A DNA stretch of 64,000 nt from Botryllus schlosseri (lineage: Eukaryota): assembly GCA_051294905.1 (NCBI GenBank), contig CM119386.1, positions 4,960,001 to 5,024,000 of the forward strand, in the 5' to 3' direction. This document shows, piece by piece, positions 1 to 12,825 of this stretch (position 1 is its first letter; each line of letters opens with the position of its first letter). The position numbers and the translations under genes were made by a program. Under the pieces are notes generated by a model, which saw only the letters and a list, made by a program, of their open reading frames with translations, searched no databases and was not told the DNA's origin.

Positions 1-74
1 GATATTAATGATAGTATCATTTTATTCACAGAAAATTTCTATCCACATAGTTGCCTGTGACCGTATTTCACGAA

Positions 75-3000
75 ATGGCTTTTGTTGGTCGCAACGCTTT
101 TCGTCGACTTCTAACTCGAATGCAGCACTTTCAACAATCGGACGTCCAATGCAGGTTTATTGAGAAGAAGAATTTCAGAAGCATATCTGTCTTCATGCCC
201 ACCACAGGAAAGGTACTTGCATTTTATAAGAGAATGTGCCACCTTGTCAAGAAAAACGATTTTTCACTTGCAATGTTTTTAGACTTCATTCCTGCAGTCC
301 AGACGAATGCGTAGCTCTGCCCCATCTGATCAAAATGGTATGTGGTCTTCTATTTTGCTACTGTGATCATAGTGTCGATATGAAAACTTACGAGATCCTA
401 TCGGGTCGGTGGAATCGATGTACATTTTACAGCTTAAAATGTCCATGTTTTAATGCATTTTTCAAATTGACAAAAGATCAAGTTTTTGTAAAATCATTTT
501 TTTAGTTTTAAAAATCAGATTTAGTCGATGGTGTCGCTAAGTTGAAGCAATTTATCCGAGTTGACTTCATTCGATGTTGTAAGATGAGTACCAAAACGAT
601 TAATGACACTAGGAATTGGTGCAATTATACTCGGTCGGCATGGTACAAGGGCTATTCTCTTTTGGTATTACAATTTCACCTTTAACAGCTGATGCAAACA
701 ACCCAAACTTTTTATACTTTACAAAATCCTAAGTGTGAAAAAATAGTTTTTTTTTGCTTGAAAAATGTAAAGTGTGTATAAGTGTAAGTAGCTTAAGGCT
801 AAAAGGTAGGCCAAACCTATTTGTGTAGTCCAAAATTTGAAAATCACCTCATTATTGACCATGACCAGTTGACCTACTCTGTTTGACCATTTTGTCTTCT
901 ATTGATAGATCAAGTTACAATCGTGTACAAGTACGGCTTGCCTGTCATAACCTTACTGCTACCTTCAAAACATGAAAAGTGTTCGTTTACGTTGAAACCT
1001 CTCATGTCAACTGTGGGACAGTTCTTGGATGATCTCAAGGCTGAAGATAAAGGAATAGATACAGCTGTAATTCATCGGGCAGGTAATGTAACATTTAAAG
1101 TTGGTCAATGTTGAGATTTTATCTGGATTGGGTATGGATTAGAATTAAAGTAGTCAGCATTCACAAGGACTGTGCAAAATTAAGTATTATCCAAGTGTTG
1201 CCAGTAATCAATTCAAAACATATAGAAGAGCAGATAATAGTGTCATGCAAGCATGAAATATGTTGTCGTGATAATAAAACATAACACACCAATTGACGGT
1301 GGTTCTCATTGATTAGCTCAATGCTCGTCCTGTTTTACACTGAGAAATGCGAGATGATTCCGAATTTCACTGGTCGTTTATTCTTAAAGCACTGAATCGG
1401 ATTTATGAGCTTGGTCACAAAGCTAATGATTTTGTGGCGAAGATGTTGTTTCGGTAATTGAAGGAACACAGGAAGTCTGCTGCTACTTGGTTTCATTCAA
1501 TAAGAATTTGACTCGATAGCTATTGGGACACATTTCCACTTCCCTGTTATGTTACCACACTGTGTGCTTACACTTTGGTATGTTTGGTAGCTGGAATGGT
1601 TGTTATGCAATTCATCTTTAGGCTACTTGTAATTGTCCAAGATTAATCATCAGCTGCCTTAGTCTTGGAAGCAATCTTGCTTGAGTTGAGGCATCTTTTC
1701 ATCTGTCACCCAATAAGTACGATCTACAATATCTGCTCTCTTGTGATAATGAAGTCGACTTGACTGACCGATTGGACTCAGTAATTTAATATCCACCTTG
1801 ATAACTGGGTTTTCAAGACCTGTTAACTTATGACCAGAAGGGGAAATAAATCGATGTAACCTGTCATGAATCCACTGGACTTAATGTTGACATTTATCTT
1901 ATCTTTATCTCTGTTCGTTGGTTGAAATATTTCAATTACCGTTTTTCTGTATGTCTGCATATATGATGTACCTCGGTAATGTGAAGATTGACTTGCGCTA
2001 ATCTCATGGAGAATTCAACTTTTGAATCACAACATTCTAGTGTTTGTGGTGAATGGATTTTAAGAAATGAAGATTGCGAGAAAAGTCATCATTTTCCTGC
2101 TCGAATATTTAGTATGCATCGCATAGATGAGCCTATTAATCGATTTGATGCAAGGACAGTAGTTTTATTCTCGAGTGATTGTTGCAGTAAATCCGTATTG
2201 TTAAATGAAAAAAGGATTTCATATATTTTCGGATATAAAAGACAAATTGTGTGCCATAACAAAATAGTCTTGCCTGTTTCCTGTGCCCTTTCGCCCTCAA
2301 GTTTTCATCATTACCTGTTCAGACGGGGTCCGAGTGTCTTCGAGCACAAAGATAGAACACTTGTTACTGGAAGGATTCCGACTCACCATCAACAACACTA
2401 CACACGAAGTCAATCCTCCCGCGGCGCAGCTCGGTAGGTATCCTTGAGAATATCCTCATCAGATCGAAATATCACGCTCACCGAACCTTACCAGGTGGCA
2501 CCTCGTCAGAACACGTCCAAACGATGGACGACATGAGGCATGTAATCGCAAGGCTTTACAATGATTTGAACGTGGATCAGCATTGCTTGGCGAAGGAACA
2601 AGAGCATCTTGGAAAATTGGAGGAGCTCAAATCGCAGTTAGAACCTCTGGAGAAGGTTTGTTGATATTTTTCAGTTTAGGTTTGGTTAGCATTAGACTAA
2701 AAAGGTGCAATATCTGGGTTGGGATATTGAACTGATACCAGCAGACTAGTCATTGTTGATAGTTGATTGCAATTAGAATTAACTCTGCGAATTTGCACTC
2801 AATTAGAAATAGAAGTAGTAATTTCCAAGACCTAACAAAATGACTTGAGTGGGAGTAGAAAATGAAGATAATTTGTAAAGTATTCGGCAAGTAGTTTCAG
2901 AAAAGAGATTTGGTCAAGATGTCGCATACTCTAAGTAGCCTATCGAAACTGTTACTTTCAAAATTGCAGAGTGCATCTATGCGACTAACGGAAATGGATG

Positions 3001-6000
3001 ATGCCACTAGAAATCGGTGCAATTTCCGAAAATATATTTAGTTACCGTGATACACTTCATTTTTACTCATAGACGGGATGAAAACATCCCAAGACTACTT
3101 TCTACTTTACAAAATCCAAAGGTAGTTTAACTGAAAAAAAACTTTGATAGAAGTAGTCGAAAGGCATAACCACATTCATTATACACATCATCATGCTCAT
3201 ATGCATTTATTTATAACTGTTAAACATAAAATTTGGCTGGGGGTGACGGTATGGCGTGTTATTATCTCTGTGACAGTGAAGTAATAGTGTATTAATTTAA
3301 AGAATATAACAGTGGACACTGGACAGTCTGCAATTGTAGGACAGGGAAGAAAAACTGAACACAAATATATAACTAAAACAGCAGTAATGGCACCACACTA
3401 GGTAAAGCTATATGTGGAATCAATAAACAAAGGCATAATATATCAATCATCAGGCACAGACTTTCAGTTCTTGTCACTCTTGGTAAAAAGGTAATCCAGG
3501 TCCGAAAAAATAAAATTACTTCATGACCGACCGACTCAGAGTAGCCATCAATGTAATTGACTTGATAGTATCCAAGTTTCGTGGTGATGACATCTGTGCT
3601 GGTTGGTTACTGCAAACATTGACAATGTGATGCTGTTATGTCACAATGTCTTAACTGTGATTGTCTTTGAAAAGAATATATATTTCACTGGGAAATGTTA
3701 CGGGATAACTTGAACTTATGGTAGCCAGTTAAGATGAAAAAAATTGTCTTGTTATATTGAGTAATGTGTATGTGGCTTTGGTGGAGAGTTCTAGTAAACA
3801 TGAGCAATGTTCCCTCTAATTTTTCACTAGTCTGCGCGCACTCATCAATTCACGGCGTGGACAACAGTGCGTAACAACTAAAAAAAGGTCATAACTTACT
3901 ATTTTTTGTGCGCAGCGTGCGAGACCGTGTCAGCGCACGTGCTCAAATTAGAGGGAACATTGAACATGAGACTTATAATATATTTTCAGAAAATTCTGAT
4001 ATATAGTCCGAACCTATATTTGAACCGTTAAAGCAATGTGATTTAAAGTTCCAATTAATGATGAAAATGTCAATGTGTTAATTCACAATGGAAAATGTTA
4101 ATTTTCATGAACATTGTGTTTTGTAGCTGAAAAAAGAACTCGACAGTAAAGCAAGTTTTCGTACCAATTTGGTGGTCTGGGGCGGTTTAGCGTACATGGC
4201 GGTTCAATTCGGAATCCTGGCAAGGCTGACGTGGTGGGAGTATTCCTGGGATATCATGGAGCCCGTGACTTACTTCATAACGTACGGGACTGCTATGGTC
4301 ATGTATGGATATTTTATCCTCACAAAACAGGTAAAAAATTTGCGTTCCAACCAATTTATTATTTATCAAGTTTTGTTGCGGATTTAAATTATTCAGTTCC
4401 GTTTCATAAAGAAAGTGTGTGTCAGATATTCGGAGAATTAATTTCTTGTAATTGTGTGCAACTGACTGAGTCTATAGGCCAGGGCTGACCAACCTTTTCA
4501 ATCAAAGGGCCACATTCGATTGACGAAACATTGCGCGGGCCACTAGCCGCGCGAAGCGCGAAAATTTTTCCAAGTTTATAGCTCAATATTATTGTCACTT
4601 GACTATATTGCGGGCCTGCAGTATATCGCTGGGCTCAGTTTGCAAGGACTGGACTATTCAGCGCCTGGAGATATCAATTTCGAAAGCTTCGACCAACATG
4701 CGTCAATCATTTTGTGCCTAGGTCTCGTAGTCGATGGTCTTTCTGCGAGCGCAAACGCTAGGTCGCATATGTTGAACGACACTTTGAGTCTAACTATATT
4801 CTCAATTACGAGACAATCTGATACATTAGGCGTTCTTTCATTTTCTCAAAGGGTTAACAATATCAAAAGCAAGAAATCGAGTGACAACATGTTGCGCGAA
4901 GCGTGTAGAAAATATTTACTTTTGATAAATTTATCGCAAATTAGTCTGCTTTATTGTAGTGTACGAAGATCTACCAAAGTGTGACTGGCTCATGGAAATG
5001 CCAGCGTCGTAACTGATATTTTAGTCATCACATCTCAAGTGTTGCTTCCAGACTAATCAAATTTTTGGTTGGCCCTGCAAGTTCACAATCTGTGCAATTC
5101 ATTTTTGATAACATTACCAATTTCGAAAATTACCTCGCGGGCCACGGGTTGGCCGGCCCTGCTATAGGCCCTATTGTTCTATGTAAATTAGAAATTCTAA
5201 GATTATTATAGAGAGAACTATATTTGTGAACTAAATCCAAAAATGCTGCAATTAACATCCAGCAGTTGATTTTTAGGGCTTGCTCATAGAAGAGTTTAGA
5301 GTTTGTGTTTACCAAAACAAAGTCAATGATGTCAATTCCATTTTGACGCAATATATGCTGCTGGTGTGAGATGCATGCTGGAATGAAGTGATGCAAATCA
5401 ATGTAAGGTCGGAATCTGGCGACTTAGATTATTGTGAATAGCTTATGATAAACCCACTTCCAGATAACATTGCATTTGCATGTGTTGAGTATTGTATGCA
5501 GTTTCACCATTTCTGACAATCTCTCGTGTGAATCAAATATATCTTATTCTCTTGACTAGCAATAATATTTTGTTTTGAGCAATGTGTTGGCTAGGGTTAT
5601 GACTAGAAAAAAAATTTCAAAATTTTGTGTGTCCTGTAGTCACAAATGATGAGCTTTTGTGTCCTGATTTCAAAACTCACAAAAGTTAAGACTGTTTGAA
5701 CAAAAACCTCCCGCACAAAAATTTTCCAGTTTTCACTGTATGGAGGATAGGCTTTCTTTTGTAGATACAGACTATATAATTTATTTATCGACTGATCTGA
5801 ATTTAACTGACCCAATTCCAATTGCGAAGATTTGAAATAGTATTTTGGTACATTTTGATCACCCAGATTGAATTATTCCTATCTTGTTCTTGTTTACAGT
5901 CAATATTAAATAATTAATAAATAATTATTAATTCCGATTTTAGATGTAGACAGTATATATCGTATAATTTCAATTTGTCTGGCACAAATCAAACTGGGTG

Positions 6001-7689
6001 CTCGAAAAGGCGAAAGTAGAACAACTCTAGGTATTTTCAGCGGTCAAGAAAACCGCTTAGAAGAATATGATGTACAGGAAAATTTGAAAATCTCATATAT
6101 CATATGTGACACCGTAGCATCTGTTGATACTGGACGTCAGAATGGCGTTGTTTCGAAACTACCAAATGCAATGATGAGCATGGGTTTTCATATCCCTTGC
6201 CAACATCATATTATCGATTCTTAAAGCATATATTAGAGTTCTTTGATCCAATGTCTTCAAGAAATCCAACTCTCAGCTACAAATTTGGAGATGGTGTGGA
6301 AAAACACTACGAAAACTAGGTGCAATCCACCAAGCACGAATTTCAGATGAAAATATTAGAAAACCGAGGATGTAGGGATGATTTTAAGTTTATCTATGGC
6401 ATGTGCAGAACATGCCGTTCTTTCAATGAAAATAGTATAGATTACCACTAATCAAATGGCATAAACTTCCATCTCTACGCAATGCGAGAGGGTGCTCAAG
6501 GGTTGCGTTGCGTACTTCCACTTCCCCAGATAGAGAATAACTCTGGAGATACTTATTTATCGCAAATGCGTCTCAGGAAGATTGGTATTCTAACCAGATG
6601 TCTAAGGATGGAATATACTAGAGCCCAACCGATTATCGGTTCGTCGATAATATCGAGACGATATCACACTTTGAAAGAATTATCGGTATCGGCCATTGGA
6701 GTTGAAAAATTAACGGCAATTTTTGTGTGTTGTCACAACATGGCGGAAGGAAGCCAGAAAACTATAATCTTTGATCGCTAGACTGAGAATATTGATAAAT
6801 TTCATATAGCTTACACTTTACAGGTGTCCAGATGCAGCCTTTCTAGTTCATTTCATGTTCAAGTATAACAATGGCTGTAAAGATGTTCTAATAAATGCCC
6901 TCTGAAGATTTGAAAATGTGCTTATGTATACATCCAACTTCTTTTGAATATCGGCTGAATGTATTGGGGTTATCGGCTAAGGTGTGAGATATTGGTTTTA
7001 TCGGTATCGACTCAAAAATCAAATATCGGTCGGGCTCTAGAATATACCAAAGATCATTTGCTGCTATCTTTGCGGTCGAATGTCCTGCAGCGATAAAGTG
7101 CCCCAAAACCCCATTTGAAGTCGGATATGTCCGTCGTAGATATCCCTGGCACTAACATAATAACAGAAAGGGAGGTCAAATTGATGAATGAACTTTACAA
7201 TAAGTGGAAAAGGACATATATTTGAAGATTAAATTTGTAGCAAAGAATATCTTTGAATTTGAAATTTTTTCCATATTTGGGCCAGTGTCGAAAATTTGAT
7301 TTTAGTTTGTGCGGGACATTTTTTTCGATTTGAACAAAATGATTATGATTTTGATAATTTATACCAAAATGTTCATCAATTCCTGCTACAGGCAACAATT
7401 TTTTTTTTTAGTCATAACCCTAGTGTTGGCCCGCGACTGTGTCCAATGTTTGACGAGTTGAAAGGCTTCCCAGATAGCATCAATGATAATTTTTCAGGAG
7501 TACATGTATCCGGACGCGAGAGATCGGCAATATCTGCGATTTCTTCACCAGGCCGCCTCAAAATCTAAGTTTGACATCACAAAATACAACCAGCTGCGAG
7601 ACGAAATAGCTCACGTTGAAGCCGATTTGGACAATGCCAGAAAACCGTTGATCCGTTCTACCAAGACGGAAGGCATTGCAAAAGAGTGA
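75..7689 (+). CDS. MCU: Mitochondrial calcium uniporter (pore subunit), 7 coding exons: 75-212, 283-337, 909-1082, 2323-2433, 2495-2655, 4127-4330, 7498-7689
   Basis: All introns are GT-AG and phases join (0,1,1,1,0,0). The Arg-rich N-terminus resembles a mitochondrial presequence. NTD motifs [26 protein letters not shown] and DGVRVSSST are present, as is TM1-selectivity filter-TM2 ([37 protein letters not shown]) with an intact DIME motif. The last exon [31 protein letters not shown] matches the MCU C-terminal coiled coil. Exon 2 (283-337) is the least certain. Confidence 0.95.
3805..3962. mobile_element. hAT-type MITE, 158 bp, in an MCU intron
   Basis: TIRs CAATGTTCCCTCTAAT / ATTAGAGGGAACATTG; perfect 8-bp TSD AACATGAG (3797-3804, 3963-3970). 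Internal sequence resembles 14570-14718. Confidence 0.9.
4127..4330 (+). CDS. MCU: MCU exon encoding TM1, the WDIMEP selectivity filter and TM2
   Basis: ttttgtag|CTGAAA...AAACAG|gtaaaa, 204 nt, phase 0-0; encodes [19 protein letters not shown]. Confidence 0.97.
4480..5161. mobile_element. Non-autonomous hAT-type element, 682 bp, in an MCU intron
   Basis: TIRs CAGGGCTGACCAACC / GGTTGGCCGGCCCTG; perfect 8-bp TSD CTATAGGC; subterminal GGGCCAC motifs; no transposase ORF. Confidence 0.88.
6619..7039. mobile_element. hAT-type MITE, 421 bp, in an MCU intron
   Basis: TIRs TAGAGCCCAACCGAT / ATCGGTCGGGCTCTA; perfect 8-bp TSD GAATATAC; internal ATCGG/CCGAT repeats. Confidence 0.88.
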
Positions 7690-9135
7690 CGTGTAGTAGC
7701 CTATTACTTATGCCTATCCACTGAAAGCCTAAGAAATCATGCATGTGAATAGGGTAAAAAAGCGGGTTATCTGTGTTGTGCATCAGACTTGGAGGTGTGC
7801 TATCTCTAACATAAGGGTAGCGAATGACTCATGATCAATGTCAATGACCTTTACCTGGTGCTGTGATCTAATATATACTAGTGGCATTGTGTTGCAAGTT
7901 ATAACTGGTCCTGGATACAAATGTTGTGTTGGTTACCTGACTTATTTTACCATAAAATCCATTTCTATTTTGAAATCAAGGCAGTTATATAACGGAACTT
8001 AGATTCAGTTAGTAATTTTTTGTAATCTGCTCATTTTTCTAAAATTGACCTGTACTTCCCAGATTATGACCGTTGAATTGATGTCGTGTATCTGTATTCT
8101 AGTCCGAACTTAAATTGGTTTGAATTAACTTGCCTGACATTGATAGAGGGAAACGTTCATCAGCTCTGATATAACCCTATCAATACTGTTCCTCCTAGCA
8201 AACCAATGGTTGAAATCGTAGCTGTAGTTCTGTAGCAGTCTAGAATTATATGCCTATTTTGTCTAACGTGAGAGTTACTTGGCTTGTTCACGAAAGATTT
8301 TATTACTTTACCTTGATTAGTCCCCAGTTATCTTGTAGAATATGTGACACTATATTTATCCAAGCTTTCTTGTCTGTAGTATCGAATCTTCCAGAGTCCT
8401 AGGAAAACACTATGCTCCTCATCAAGTCTGGAGCTGCTAGTGATTGGTAGTATATTGCACTTGTGGTTTACAATGTTTTTCGTGTTCTGCACAATCTTGA
8501 AATAAATATCACATCTGTATTGGAATATTGTCAATGTTTAGTGATAGTTGTGTGTTTGGGATGGTGTGTGACTTAACAAATTCTCTGTGAGGAATGGGAC
8601 GCCGTATTGTGTTTTGCGGCATATACACCGGCTCATATATATATATGCAGCATACATACACACGATCCGTGCAATGCAGTGAGGGTCCTCACTAGCAGTG
8701 TGCTGCATTTGCCCGAGGGTTGGTGTCTTAGAGGCGAGACCAACAGTGGATCACGTCAGTTTAAGTTCAGGATCCGCTCTCAGGGTAGATGTTAGCCAGG
8801 GCAGATTTAAGAGGAACTGCGCGATCAGTGTTCACCAAACTATGATCGATATGATGGAGTTAGACATGCCTGTAACGTGTGATACTCGTACTGTGCAATC
8901 TTAGCGTACTTTACATTAGAAAGTATTGAGGTTGTAGTGCTTACTGCAGTCCTACCGCAGGTGGAAAAACAGGTTACAAAGCATTCCGCGATTGTCGCTG
9001 TGAGGTAACAATGGGAAACAAATTACTACGATCTTGCAAAATCACTTGCTGTCTTTCATAACGCTAGTCTAAAATCGTTCTGCTCGAACCTGTATAAATG
9101 ATCCTGTTTTGGTGAAGTTAGATCGGAACCCCGAT

Positions 9136-10002
9136 ATGACGATGATGCTTTCAAAGAAAGCCAAAGTAGTTCGAGGCGAGGCATCGAAACGTATAAGCGT
9201 TCTATTTCAAGAATGGAGATCATTCAAGGAACGAGCTGAGGAGGAGTTGAGAATCAACATCAGGAAGCAAGAGCGTTTGCAAGAGGAAATAACACTGAAA
9301 AATCAACATCTGGACAAATTGACAACCGAATTAAATTCCTACAGAGACATCGTCATTGAGCAAAGGCAAGCAATCGAGGGATTGGTAAAGCGATGTACAG
9401 ACGTCGAAAAGTACAAAGCCTCGCATACCGAGCTTGAAACCAACCTCACCAAAGAGAAGGACACTGCGACCAGTCTTGCCCAGAAAGTCAAGTCACTCGA
9501 GGCTCTCCTACAGAAAGCGTCAACAGAAAAAGAAGCCCTCACAACTTTGAACAATGAATTAAAATCCGTCAGTCAAGAGCAGAAAAGGAAACTAGCTGCT
9601 TGTGAGAAAGATGTCGTAGAAACCACTCACGAGTTGGAAATGCTCGAAAAGATGGTGGGAGATTTGAACAATCGCAGATTAGAGTACGGCATTACGTTAC
9701 TAAACGTTGCCGCCGGCGAGACCAGTTCTGCTTCCACCACTCCTCCGCCCTCAATGGGCAAATTTAGAAAAACCCGGAAGGCGCGTTCCGAAGATTCAAC
9801 ATCAACTATTGAATCCCACGTAAGCAAGAAGGATACGACCGTAACTGGAAAGTCCGGTGGTGATGCAGACTGCGGTAACAGCGCAACAGAAGAGCTTGAC
9901 CAAGATATCGATCACACAGCCGATTTGTCGCAAGCTATAGACTCACTTGAGAACCTGCTATCTCATACCATGTTTAGTAAAACTAGCTTAGAAACGCAAT
10001 AA
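9136..10002 (+). CDS. Uncharacterised single-exon coiled-coil protein (~288 aa) with an S/T/D/E-rich disordered tail
   Basis: 894-nt open frame (9109-10002); first ATG at 9136, just after a possible acceptor (gaagttag| at 9121). The first ~185 aa are E/K/L-rich and heptad-like. No family recognised. The start codon is uncertain and an upstream exon near 8950-9007 is possible. Confidence 0.65.
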   Translation: MTMMLSKKAKVVRGEASKRISVLFQEWRSFKERAEEELRINIRKQERLQEEITLKNQHLDKLTTELNSYRDIVIEQRQAIEGLVKRCTDVEKYKASHTELETNLTKEKDTATSLAQKVKSLEALLQKASTEKEALTTLNNELKSVSQEQKRKLAACEKDVVETTHELEMLEKMVGDLNNRRLEYGITLLNVAAGETSSASTTPPPSMGKFRKTRKARSEDSTSTIESHVSKKDTTVTGKSGGDADCGNSATEELDQDIDHTADLSQAIDSLENLLSHTMFSKTSLETQ

Positions 10003-10895
10003 ATGCAAACCGCGCGGATATGGAGTTCTGAGTGCTCGACCAGGGTATCCTGTAACCCCGGTTCGACAGAGAACCAAAACCTCAGTACCTCGCTCAGTAA
10101 TTTGGGTAGTGCACTAGCACAAGACCTCAATGAATCTGACGATTGTGAGAATTAATAGCTGCTATCTGGAAGAGATGCCTGCTACAAACAGGCCAGTTGT
10201 GTTCTTCCCTAGCGGGCTAGCGCTGGTGTAGGCACACAGTTTTGTAATATCCAGAGCCTTCGAAGTTTCAATTCATTTCAAATCCCACATGGTATTGATA
10301 TTACACCTCTCAACACTGCTTTCGATCTCCACAACACCTATTGCACGAATGCATTTATATATTACTATATACTCATTTATATATTAGGCTACTACATACT
10401 ATGTTGTGATGCAAGCTATCTTCAGGTTCTGCGCCACGAACCAGATACTGGTGATGTTAGCAACACGCTTACATCCATCCAAAATCCTTACCCCATTCCA
10501 AATAGTTGAAAGTATTGAGCACGTGACATTGCTCCGAATTTACCATTGGCTCTTCCTCTCCACCAAAAACTTCCCAAGTTTTTGGTAAAACTGTATTCTA
10601 GTCTCATATATTGGAAAAAAGGCTAATGTTGAAAAGAACAATGTTCAACAATAACCGTGCGCAGTATTTGCATACAATGTAAACATGAAACAACCAATTC
10701 GGCTTGCAAGTCAACAGTAAGCACACAAATCACAACTCGGGCTGTCCACAGAACTTCCATGTACTGTTGGAATTCGTCGAGGCAAAATAATACCCATAAA
10801 AACGTTGCTATTATATTCCTCCACTTGCATGCAGTCACCCGGCGTACTGGGCGTCCGTCATATTGAGATTTATCGATAACATGGATCATTTGTAC

Positions 10896-12825
10896 TCATG
10901 TCTTGGTATACTCCGATATGTAATCGGGTGCTTTTCTCGAGTACAGACAAAGCAAGCCCCCCATGGTCAGTCCTATAGCGGAGCCTACGAAAATACGTCC
11001 GGCAGGCGGCATTCTCCTGAAAAATTATTGCTTTTTTTATCGAGGGTTTGTCATGAGATCACTGAAACAAAATAACGTACCTGAGAAACGATAGTTTACC
11101 CTCGATATTCTTTACGTCTGATTTTGGATTGATGATGCCTAGAATCAGCAGACACGCCGGTTGGATCGATATCCACTAGACGGCTATATCAGCATAACGC
11201 TTACTTGGAAGTACAAATAATCCACCTGCCATGGCCCCACCGACGAGAGTGTTTATTTCGTCCTCGACCCCACGGGACTTTTCGCAGATTATCGAGCACG
11301 TGCAGTATAGTACTGCAATAGAGCCGAATCTTTGAGCCATACGCCCACCGTTTTTCAACAGGCCGCTGGTGAACTGCATTCTGGCAGACTTTGCCTGAAA
11401 TAACATTTGATAATGTGAAGAAGTGGTGAGAAACTTGTCCAGCGACATTATTTCGTGAAGTATACAACATAGAAAAATAGATGAGTACGAAATGAATTTT
11501 TCATGTTGAAAACTTTCAAGATATCAAACTCCGCAGAAAATTGAATGGTTGAGGATCAGGCTTTACAAATATTTTAATCAAAATAGCACAAGGGGTGGCC
11601 AAAGTGGTCACTCACTAGGACAGGTAAAATAATCCTGTGAATTCCTACCCAAGTACCAGACACAAAGAATTACAAATAGTTCTCTTGGGTTCAATTTTAA
11701 GCTATATCGCTCAGTTGTCATGGCAACTTCACACTAAGAATGAAAGTGATGCCGATCTGTTCATATCAGAGATGAGTGTATTTGGAATTTCTACGTCCTA
11801 ATCCAATTCCAAATCCGAAACTTGAAAACCTAATCCTGAACTTCTGTTTATTCAAATCCGTGTCCAATCCAACTTGAAATTCAGTTAAAATGCTAAATCA
11901 ATCATGGGAGAAATTGGAAATTTTCTTTCACAACCAACAATTCTTTCGATTTATGATAACTTTGCATACGGCTGCACCACTCATGTTCATTGGCACCTAG
12001 TTTACCATAGTGTAGTGTACCATAAGTACATTATTAGCTGATCTGAGTAAAGTTTGTAGCCATTCGCCCCACGACATATCAATCTCCCAGAAAATCGGTA
12101 AATCCAATCCAAATCTGTACAGAAAAAATCTCTAATCCTAATCCAACAAAATGTCACAAATCCGTTTTTTTTCGAATCCTAATTCATGCTCATCTCGGTC
12201 ATATGCTACCTTCTATTAGCTGCAGAATTCATATGTGACTGAAAAAAAACATATATGACTACAGTAGTGTTATTTTTATTCAGTGAGCCAGCAAAATAAC
12301 TTTCTCTCCAGAATAGCCGAATGGAAGATGCGTATGATGATATGAATAACCTACTTCACCTACAATAGGAGTGAATCGAGGGGAGTGTTGGTGCTGAGCT
12401 GAGTGTGTGTAGTATAATTGTATAATACTCCGAATTCAGACTCCTCCTGGCCTTATAAAGGTATTGCAAATATGATCTACTAAAGAATCAGGGATTTCTA
12501 TGGTTGACTGCATACAGAATATGTTCAGCTTCACAAAACAATGAAAATACATGACCAAGTACTGTGTGCAACTCACCCTTAGCCAACCAAGACCAGAATA
12601 TCGGAATGTCTGGAGTCCACCAAATCCAGCACCAATAACAGTAGCTGATCCTATTGTAGAGAACATCATCTGCGCACGTGACCGAACCGGCCCAGCGTCT
12701 TCGGGCAGGATATACTGATCCATCGTGTCAAGGTAGTTTGGGTTAATTCCCATGTAAGGTGAAGTTTGCATGCCGGAAAAGGTTGGCGTATCTTCATTGT
12801 CGCTACTCGATCCAAACAAGCTCAT
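10896..12825 (-). CDS. TIMM23: Mitochondrial import inner membrane translocase subunit Tim23 (205 aa), 4 exons: 12577-12825, 11205-11394, 11081-11138, 10896-11016
   Basis: SPYMGINPNYL..QYILPED..RSRAQMMFSTIGSATVIGAGFGG..., then NGGRMAQRFGSIAVLYC..EKSRGVEDEINTLVGGAMAGGLF, form the Tim17/22/23 domain with the Tim23 N-terminal IMS segment. All introns are GT-AG and phases 0,1,2 join. Confidence 0.92.
11767..12197. mobile_element. Degenerate MITE (probably hAT) in TIMM23 intron 1
   Basis: Imperfect TIRs CAGAGATGAG / CTCATCTCG; near-TSD GTTCATAT / GTCATAT; internal AATCC(A) repeats. Confidence 0.55.

Noticed and set aside
75-12825. MCU and TIMM23 as a functional mitochondrial gene cluster
   Set aside because: Only two genes, on opposite strands and separated by an unrelated ORF; no shared regulatory signal is visible.
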